The notes under the pieces: generated by a model
What the model was told of the DNA's origin: nothing
Database searches by the model: none
Seen by the model: only the letters and a program-made list of their open reading frames with translations
Translations under genes and position numbers: made by a program
Assembly (NCBI GenBank): GCA_964016885.1
Contig: OZ024743.1
Location: 106,454,001 to 106,518,000 of the forward strand
DNA length: 64,000 nucleotides
From: Eledone cirrhosa
Lineage: Eukaryota
Direction: 5' to 3'
In this document: positions 54,008 to 64,000 of the stretch, piece by piece
Numbering within the stretch: position 1 is the first letter of the stretch
Layout of the letters: each line of letters begins with the position of its first letter

Positions 54008-55264
54008 GATAGGTAGATAGATAGGTAGATAGAGTGTAATGTATTTAAGGTATATGTATTGTATGCACATAGGTCTTTTCTATCACAAACAACAGAATTA
54101 TCTTGTTATTTTACTGAAGACACGATATTTATGTAAATTTTCAATGAAAATTATACGTTTTTTTTCAATTTTATTTTCAGAAATTTAATCAACGTATCTG
54201 ACAACTGTAAAGTTGGTTAATTAACTTAGGCTTGAGAATCTAACTCAATATTTTCTGTTTTTTTTAGCTTCGTCAAGGCCAACAGGATTTATGAGTGTTG
54301 TAATTGCAGTGAAAGGCGAAACAAATTATAAGGTTGTTTTCACTTTATTTAAATATGATGTGTTTTCATGTATAAATAATATTTAGACCCACACATATAC
54401 ATGCACGCATACACACACACACACGAACACACACACACACAGACACAAACATATGTATATATATATATATATATATATATTAATATATACACAACATAAA
54501 TTCTTGTTTCTGGTAGGTACGTATTTAAAAAGATGTACCTAGTGTGTGTTTTTATCATAGGAAATACTACGAACCCTATCGAAAACTACTGGATATATGA
54601 GTATATACTGTGAGAAATCTGAGAAATAAACCCGAAAGATAGCGAAAGGCAATCAGAATTTCAACAATGAACATAGTTAGCTTAGTATCACATAGAATTA
54701 TGTATAATATATTATTTAATCCTGCAAATCAATACAGAAAAATAACTCTATGATTATGGTAAATGCTCCTTCACCATGAATGTCAATAAGTGGATAATAT
54801 TAATATGTTGTTAGTTAATGTACAATTTTAAGCAGAGGTTTAATTTTCTCATCATCATGTTCAAATATTATTCTATATTATTCTATGCTGTATGTCACAT
54901 TTAAACGTCTAAGAGTTTGGTGCACGTGTAGCATATATGAAAATATTGCCGTCTAAATACAGAATAATAAACATGACGTTATATATTTCTTGATACATTT
55001 CTATATTTGTTGCATAGTTTTAAAAGAGTGAAGCACGGGACTTAGCTTCACATTTGATACTAATAATCGACACTAGCGAATTTTCCCAACCACCCAGGAG
55101 TTTATGCAATTTCTTTCAATATGGTCTTTCCTGCTATCTTTAACATTTAATCTTCTGTTCAGAATTACCACAATGCTCTTAAAATGAATAGAATTTTATT
55201 TTAGAAATTGGCATTATATGTCAACAGAACAGTCAACATTAAATATTCATAAATAATACATATA

Positions 55265-55325
<61 letters not shown>

Positions 55326-55711
55326 CGAAAATATGGAAATTTAGATAGTAAATAACATTCAAAATTTAATATTTAATGAAAAATCAATAACTACTGAGGT
55401 ATATAATTGCGATGTTTCGGATGATTCATGATATATTGCATACATTAAGGTAAATATTATATTTCAATGAATATTATTTCCAACGTACTGCATTGTGATA
55501 ATGAAAAGCTAGAGATAGTCTTTCAAAGATATGAAATTTGTTCGGGTAGTGACTTATGATTCCACCGAGTACAAATTCATTGATTACAAGTGTAGAAGAT
55601 AAAAGGTTAGTTACACAAAACTAATTTCAATGTCAATATTGAAATTTCAGAAATGATTGCACACGGGTTGAAATGAGTTGATTAGTACAAATCCAGATTC
55701 AGCTTAATAAT

Positions 55712-55897
55712 AGTTTCTACGTTTGGCACAAGGCCAGCAAATACCCAGTGTATTACCGATACTTTATTTTATCGACCCCATAAGGATGAAAGGCAAAGTT
55801 AACCTCGGCGGGATTTGAACTCAGAATGGCAAGGGCCGTAACTCTATGCGTCAAAGCATGGCGTCCGACTCCCTATCGATACTGCCAATCCACCCCT
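55712..55897 (-). mobile_element. Full-length SINE with 17-bp TSD (AGATTCAGCTTAATAAT)
   Basis: Exact TSD at 55695-55711 and 55898-55914. Confidence 0.92.
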
Positions 55898-56142
55898 AGA
55901 TTCAGCTTAATAATGTACTTTAGAATATTAATAAAAATGATGTTGAACAGTTAAGGTAAGCTTGAAAAGATGTAAATAGATGTGAACTGTATATGTATTG
56001 CTTCATGCATTAAACATATTTCCACAATCACTACAGTGAAAAATAATATTATAATTGATTTAATATTTTTGATTCTTCGAAATAATATATTCCATTATAC
56101 GACATCCACGACAAAATGTTAAGTTTCGATTTATCGACGGAA

Positions 56143-56235
56143 TGCCAGCAATTTCTATCTGACTGGTACTATAATTTGTTGACCCCGGAAGGAGGAAATG
56201 CAAATTGGATCCGTGTGCTCTTTGAATTCACATCG
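56143..56235 (-). mobile_element. Old, diverged SINE fragment (another at ~48410-48490)
   Basis: GACTGGTACTATAATTTGTTGACCCCGGAAGGAGGAAATGCAAA is a decayed SINE core. Confidence 0.55.
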
Positions 56236-57137
56236 TAACTTGATAAAATCACAAGCACTGCAATTGCGCAGACGGATAATATATCAATTGCGCTGAAACA
56301 TATTACTATATCCAGACTAAGAATACTGACCTCACATTTTTCCTACATGATCATTTAAAATGTACAAAACAATGCATTAGATCATCTTGTGGTAAAATAC
56401 CATACTAAATTTATCATTAAACTATAAATATATATATTTATTTATTCATCTATTTATTTATTTTCGTGCACGGAACATTAGCACAAGCTAATGTTTCAAG
56501 TTCCACGTTTGACCATCTCACCAGATTATAAGAACAATTCAATGTGTGCCCTAGTCGTCGGTCGTTTGGAGGACTTTGAAAATACCGTAAAAGTTATAGC
56601 GTGTAAAACACTTCATTTTCAAAAGGAAAATAACTCAAAGATGTAAATTTGAAATGTCCAAATATGTGTACTTGAAAACGTGTGTGGGTAATAGAGCTAG
56701 TGCATGGTATTACGTGGTGGAATGTAATATAAAACGATATATATTTTAAAAGATATGTATTCGAATAGTATAGAAGGTCTACCGTATTATGTAAATGTGG
56801 CAAAACATGAATTCTTAATAAAGTGTAGAAATCAATAATAACGGTTGAAAAACAAGGAATTGCGTTTGAGATGTGGAAATCCTGTAGAAACCATATTCAT
56901 AGTGTTGTTCGGGGACAATAATCCTTAATAGCGTATATTTTTCACTGAGGCGGACACAAAATATCGTGGTACCGTTGGTTTAAGGCTTGTAGCTGAATTT
57001 ATGAATTTATGAAATATTTTAATACATACAGTTTAGTTAATATCATGCGGTCATTCTCATTCTGGACATATGTGCATGTGCGTGCGTGTGCACAAACACA
57101 CACACACACGCACACATATATTTATATATGTATATAT

Positions 57138-57233
57138 AACTGTTTCTACTTTTGGCACATAGACAGCAATTATTCCAGTGTATTACTGGTACTTTATTTT
57201 ATCGACCCTGTAAGGATGAAAGGTAAAGTTAAC
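57138..57233 (-). mobile_element. 5'-truncated SINE
   Basis: SINE core and 3' region. Confidence 0.85.
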
Positions 57234-57238
57234 ATGTT

Positions 57239-57312
<74 letters not shown>

Positions 57313-57314
57313 AC

Positions 57315-57486
57315 TAAGGAAGTATGGTAAGGAACCAGGTGGACCATAACGCACCAGAGTACTCAATACTTAGGGTAGTAGAGTGAGTCCAAGACCCCGA
57401 CGGCAGAGCTCGAGCCGTTTCGACGGCTATACCAGAAATAGCCGTAGAGACGGCTCAAGCTTTTCCCTCGTGGTCTTGAACATTTT

Positions 57487-57490
<4 letters not shown>
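57315..57490 (+). repeat. Repeat family 5 with long hairpin (copies at 62820-62995 + and ~39390-39510 -)
   Basis: Shared GGTAAG..ACCAG.T.GACC.TAACGCAC..GA.TACTCA.TA.TTAGGGTAGTAGAGT...CCCGACGGC.GAG. Confidence 0.8.
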
Positions 57491-57520
<30 letters not shown>

Positions 57521-57527
<7 letters not shown>

Positions 57528-58935
57528 AAGTGAGTCCTTCATCAGTGACCCTCCAACCGTCCTCGGCATTTCATCGCTTTAAGGGCCATATGCCTCAGGT
57601 TGGTGCGAACAACGGCTAAAAAAAGTCGTTGGGACACGTAAATAAAGGGGGACGCTAGAGTAACAACAAAAGGGTTTAAGCAACGGAAAGTGAGTAGAAA
57701 TAGACAAGTCCCAGATCTCTATGAATATAAACTCTGTGAAATCGTGAACAAGAGACGAAAGACCATCGAACCTGGTAGAAATGTGAGCAAGGAAAGAATT
57801 TCGCCCAAGTTTGACGGGGGGAAAAGAGAGAGAGAGAGAGAAAGAAAAAGGAGAGAAGAGGAAGAAGAAGAAGAAGAAGAAGAAGAAGAAGAAGAAGAAG
57901 AAGAAGAAGAAGAAGAAGAAGAAGAAGAAGAAGAAGAAGAAGAAGAAGAAGAAGAAGAAGAAGAAGAAGAAGAAGAAGAAGAAGAAGAAGATAAGGTGGT
58001 CTGGTCCACGAATTCGGCAAACGCAAGCCCCGCGAAGTCGCAGACGAAAGAGAGAGAGAAAATAATTCCATACCAGCTCGGTCAAGACTGCGCGAGAAAA
58101 GAATTACACACAGGTCAAACTTGAAGGAGGAGAAGGAAAGAGGAGGAGGAGGGGTAGTGACAGAGAATGAGTGAGTGAAAGTTGAGGAGAGAGCAACAGA
58201 GAGGGAGACTGCCAGAAGTGGTAAAGATACAAGGAACGAAACAGACAGGCAGCATGGAAAAGTAATATGTGTAAATATGATGATAATAATGGAGCTGCGG
58301 CGTTGCAAATGGGATACATATGAAAAAGTGAGTCCTTCATCAGTGACCCTCCAACCGTCCTCGGCATTTCATCGCTTTAAGGGCCATATGCCTCAGGTTG
58401 GTGCGAACAACGGCTAAAAAAAGTCGTTGGGACACGTAAATAAAGGGGGACGCTAGAGTAACAACAAAAGGGTTTAAGCAACGGAAAGTGAGTAGAAATA
58501 GACAAGTCCCAGATCTCTATGAATATAAACTCTGTGAAATCGTGAACAAGAGACGAAAGACCATCGAACCTGGTAGAAATGTGAGCAAGGAAAGAATTTC
58601 GCCCAAGTTTGACGGGGGGGGGGGGAAGAGAGAGAGAGAGAGAGAGAAAAAGGAGAGAAGAAGAAGAAGAAGAAGAAGAAGAAGAAGAAGAAGAAGAAGA
58701 AGAAGAAGAAGAAGAAGAAGAAGAAGAAGAAGAAGAAGAAGAAGAAGAAGAAGAAGAAGAAGAAGAAGAAGAAGAAGAAGAAGAAGAAGAAGAAGAAGAA
58801 GAAGAAGAAGAAGAAGAAGAAGAAGAAGAAGATAAGGTGGTCTGGTCCACGAATTCGGCAAACGCAAGCCCCGCGAAGTCGCAGACGAAAGAGAGAGAGA
58901 AAATAATTCCATACCAGCTCGGTCAAGACTGCGCG
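57521..58935. repeat. Partial tandem duplication of repeat family 4 (57521-58093 / 58319-58934), each unit with a long (GAA)n tract
   Basis: The units are identical apart from microsatellite lengths. (GAA)n at ~57855-57990 and ~58657-58832. Confidence 0.9.
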
Positions 58936-59294
58936 TATATATAGGTGTATGATTGTGTGGGTTGTGTATATATATATGTATAAACGTATGCATGCATACG
59001 TTTTAATATAATCTATTGCAGATTTGATTCTCTAAATGACTTGTTAAGGGAAGTATTTAATGTTATATCATTTTGTTATTCTGACTATTATGATTGGTAT
59101 AATTTCCCTATGGAAACTTGAAATTGTAAGGCATATTATTTATGCGATCACGTTCCATCTTCGATACCAGAATAAAAACTAAAAGTACAAGTAAATCGAT
59201 ACACACACGCGCACGGTCACACACATATATATATAAATGTATAAATATATATATATATATGTGTGTGTGTTTATATATGTATGTGTATATATGT

Positions 59295-59377
<83 letters not shown>

Positions 59378-60236
59378 AGTGTGTGTGTGTGTGTATGTGG
59401 GTAATTATATTTATTATATATATATATATTTGTCTGTGCATACTAAAAAATGAAGGCAAGCCGGTAAACATACCATTCATTTTCATCATATATAGTTGAC
59501 AGTTTTACAAAACGTAATCATGATTTTACATTGAAATTGAATTTGTTTATTTATTTTACTTATGCGATATATTTATATTGAGTTATTCATTAATTTTATA
59601 AAATTCTTTCACTTTATATTGAAGCATAATATTGTGTTTATTAGAAATTATCCCTTGTATCACGTTTTACGCTACTAAAATATACGCAGCTAGTAGTTAG
59701 AAAAGTCCACGTGGAATAAATAAGATTATGTATGTATGTATTTATATAAATATTTTGTATGTTACTATATATATATATATATGTGCGTGTGTATATATAT
59801 ACATATATATATATATAAAGACTACATATATACAATTATAAATGCAATTGTGTAGGTGGGGTTTTGTAAAATACTCTGTGTGACTACGAGACTAATACAT
59901 ATTTCCTTATATTATCATATACACTCCACTAGATCATAAATTTGATAAGAAACACATAGAAAAAAAAATATCGCCCAGGAAGAAAACTGTCAAAAACATT
60001 CTTCAAAGAAAATGCGAAATAAATGTCAAGTGTTAATATGCCGTAAACAAATATCGTGTTTAAATGCATAACTGAAATATTGCTAATTTGCTGAGTCCTA
60101 CCGCTTCGTTTGAATCCCAACATAACAATATTAGTATTTCTTATTTGTGATCATTTGTTCGATATTGGACTTATTTTTTATTTATTGGCTTTTATTGTAT
60201 GTATATATTTATATGTATATATATATTATATACATA

Positions 60237-60340
<104 letters not shown>

Positions 60341-60357
60341 CATATATATGTATACAC

Positions 60358-60435
<78 letters not shown>

Positions 60436-60469
60436 GTATATATTCATATGTATGTATATATTATATACA

Positions 60470-60500
<31 letters not shown>

Positions 60501-61631
60501 TATTATTATTATTATACATATATATATATATATACATATATATATACATGTATACATACATACATATATATATATTTATATATATATATATATATGTATA
60601 TTTATATATATATATATGATATATATATATATTTATATATATTATATATATATATATATATATGTAGGTATGTATGTATAATTCAATTTCATGTTTATAT
60701 CCCTAATAAATATATGATTAATTTGTTATTTTGTAAATATATAGAAACGTTTATTATTTCTTTTACTACTACTTCAGTCTTTGTTTTCGTTCGTGGGATA
60801 TTTTGTAAAATGACGCTTCAACGACTTTATAAAGTACATTTTCTCCATCAAAAATTTTAATTCATTCTGCTCCCATACAATACCTTAATCTTACTGACCA
60901 TGAAGCCAAATGAAATCAATTCACACGCTTCGAATGAGATGTTGCCGAATATTCATTTTGAAAAGCTCATGTACATAAATATGTATGGATATATAAATAT
61001 ATATATATATATATTTATACTCGGAATTTTTCCTAGATTGCTTAAAATTATTTGTGACTAATCCCGTTTTTTTTATTAACCGCGATAATATTGCTTTAGG
61101 CTGAACTCCATATCTTTTGTTGAATTTTTTTCAGAATGTTTTGACTGGTGTTTCTTGTAAACAGTCATTCGTCTCATTTTGACGTCACTAGCCCTGTTCT
61201 CCATCTGTATTTATTATCTTAATTCAACACGAGGTGTAACTAGCCTGCTTTTAAATTCCCTTCTGGTACATTTTGGCAGTGATTTTGGTTATCGTGTTGA
61301 GCTCTACTGATGAACGGTTACAACCGTGACTAACCCCACTGAAAGTTTCGTGAAATAGTCTTTTTAAGACTATATTTTTAGATTTTTCCAAATTGAAGGA
61401 TAAGTATTTACTCTTAATTTTATTCTGAGTTAAGATTCTATTGGTTTTTTCGCTGGATTACACAAAATTTGTGGATAAAATTTCTGTCTTGAATTTTTTT
61501 GAATTGGGATTGAATTATTTTCCCATATCTTAGGTTAAATATTTTCCATCTTGACGTAATAGTCACTTATATGTATGAATTACTGTTGGCTTCTTGCTCA
61601 CATTAATTTCTCTATTTTCATTTATATTTTC

Positions 61632-61704
<73 letters not shown>

Positions 61705-61705
<1 letters not shown>

Positions 61706-62033
61706 AGAATGCTGAGGATGGCTCATCAGTATTCACCGAGGATGAAAAACTCAGCGCTGTATGGGAGCCTCCAAAAAGTCAGCTCAAAAGTGACGAAGGA
61801 GACTGAGGTTGGCTGGACATGCTCAGCGACATCCAGATTTTACATTGCACTCAGTGCTCCCGTGGGACTCCTACATGGACTCACTGGAAGAGGAAGACAA
61901 AGATTAGCGTATGTTGATGCCCTAAGGAAAGACACTGGTCTGTTGGAGACGCAGGACATGGCAGCGATAATGAGGGACAGAGACCGCAGGAGAGAACTTG
62001 TCCTTGGATCTTAGGAATTTTACCCGCCCTAGA

Positions 62034-62035
<2 letters not shown>
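61705..62035 (+). mobile_element. 3' fragment of an RTE-clade LINE
   Basis: MLRMA...LYGSL.KVS; out-of-frame RRLRLAGH; [27 protein letters not shown], typical of the RTE ORF C-terminus. Confidence 0.65.
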
Positions 62036-62069
<34 letters not shown>

Positions 62070-62126
62070 TTGTGTGTGTGTGTGGGGGGCTATGCATGTG
62101 TCTGTGAGTGTGTATGCATATATATT

Positions 62127-62177
<51 letters not shown>

Positions 62178-62996
62178 CGATAGATAGATATGTGTGTATA
62201 TATAGATATACGTGTATATATATATACATAAATATTTATATATTTTCATACGCACACACACACACGCACGCACACACACACACACATACACACACATATA
62301 TATATACATATATATATATAAACTTCAACATGCATAAACACGTTAACATATAATTATACACTCATACATACAAATTCACTCATCTCAGTGATAAACGAAA
62401 ACAGTGCCCGATTCTTTACAAACATACAAAATAACTTCAACGCACATATACAGTACCCCCATTCAAACATACACATACTAGTCCACTAACACATACTACA
62501 CGGATTTACTCATAACAGAACTTGACACTTTCCACAATAAAACTTAAAAAACACATACATGATTAATCATACAAAAACACACGTAATATCGACACTAATA
62601 TTCTTCATTTTGCATTCGAAAATGGTTAGCGAAACTACCTAAAGTTCTGTCTTATTTACTCTATCTATGCATTGTGATCATGCCTCTGTTTTTGTAGGCT
62701 TGAAGAAGGGTTAAAACCCAACACATTGAAATTTCTTTCCTTTTTTCCATATAAAGCTTGAAACTAATAAGACTTTTTATACCTCTATTTGTTGTTTTCT
62801 TTAACTATATAACAAAGAGGGTGTGGTAAGATACCAGGTGGACCCTAACGCACTTGAGTACTCACTACTTAGGGTAGTAGAGTAGGTAATAGGAAAATCA
62901 GGACCCCGACGGCTGAGGTCCGGCCGTTTTAACAGCTAGATCCGATCAAGCTGTCGAAACAGTCGTAGCTCAGCCATCGGGATGCTGACTCTTTTG

Positions 62997-63142
<146 letters not shown>

Positions 63143-63849
63143 ATGTGTATGTGTGAGTGTGTAGGAATTTAAGCTAGAAACTTTAGAAGAATAGTTAATA
63201 TGTCCTGCAGCTTTCACCCTTGGTTACTTGTACTTTACTTTTGTGTAAATACACATTTACATTATATTGCTGTGTGAGAAATAAAGGAATTGCCGCTGGC
63301 TTGATTTCTGTCAAATGGATCAAAAGCTTTTTCGCTTCCAACATTGATATATTTAGTATAATCCAAATCATCTAAGATTTAATGATAGGACCTCAAGTGA
63401 ACATTTCAGAATGGTGAGTTAATGATTATTATTATGACGACTACAATGAATATGGTGATACGATTCCTGCTGTTGATGTTGCCTATGGCGTCCATGTTGA
63501 TGAGCATGATGGTGATGCTGTCGCTAATAATGATCATGAACCTGAACATAGGAAGGCTGCTGCTGTTGCTGCTGATAATATTTGTTGTGATAATGATAAG
63601 AAAGATCAGCAACAGTGAATTGTATTATTACAGTATCAACATCAGCAAAAATAATAATATGATTATAATGATGAAAAGAACAATAAATACATCTAATACT
63701 AGATGTAGAGGAAAACAAGTGTAGATGATGCTGAATGGAAGGACGATGTTGTGGGAAAACTTAAATAAGTAACAGTAAAAGGCCACCAAATAATCAACCC
63801 AACACAGATTCTGGAAAAAGTCAGATATAGAATTATAAATATATTAAGT

Positions 63850-64000
63850 AATAATTGTTTCTACTTTTGGCGCAAGGTCAGCAAATACCCAGTGCATTAC
63901 TGGTACTTTATTTTATCGAACCCGTAAGGATGAAAGGCAAAATTATACTCGGCGGGATTTGAACTCAGAATGGCAAGGACCGTAACTATATGCCTCAAAG
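63850..64000 (-). mobile_element. SINE (runs off the window edge)
   Basis: SINE 3' region, core and B-box. Confidence 0.9.

Noticed and set aside
57579-58993. Poly-E/K/R/F/S/L ORFs
   Set aside because: They are six-frame readings of (GAA)n tracts.
60760-61560. Possible very old PLE remnant on the minus strand
   Set aside because: I could not recover diagnostic motifs with confidence.
63406-63724. Hydrophobic Met/Ile/Leu-rich ORFs
   Set aside because: They come from a degenerate (ATG)/(TGC)/(TAA) trinucleotide repeat.

Overview
AT-rich, microsatellite-dense eukaryotic (animal) DNA made almost entirely of transposable elements. I recognise no host gene exons. The dominant tRNA-derived SINE resembles octopus SINEs, so an octopod cephalopod is my tentative guess for the source. 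Contents: (1) two families of single-ORF RLE non-LTR retrotransposons (R4/Dong-like, (TAA)n tails), one copy with an intact 1130-aa ORF at 12264-15656; (2) two degenerate two-ORF L1/Tx1-like APE-RT elements sitting in (ATT)n and (GATA)n tracts, plus a probable third family 'X' seen only as 5' fragments; (3) many Penelope-like element (PLE) remnants with GIY-YIG domains, inverted pseudo-LTRs and about a dozen type I hammerhead ribozyme motifs from several families; (4) about 10 SINE copies, a non-autonomous Helitron, a foldback MITE and an RTE 3' fragment. Most ORFs in the track are microsatellite or antisense artefacts. The best leads are: the same ~50-bp sequence follows the (TAA)n tail of both family-A RLE copies; a near-collinear family-A/family-B RLE chimera; a 3' end shared by the SINE and a Tx1-like LINE; conserved UTR structures in the RLE elements; the hammerhead diversity; and a repeated family with a covarying long hairpin. 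All alignments and folds were done by eye, and coordinates of degenerate elements are approximate.
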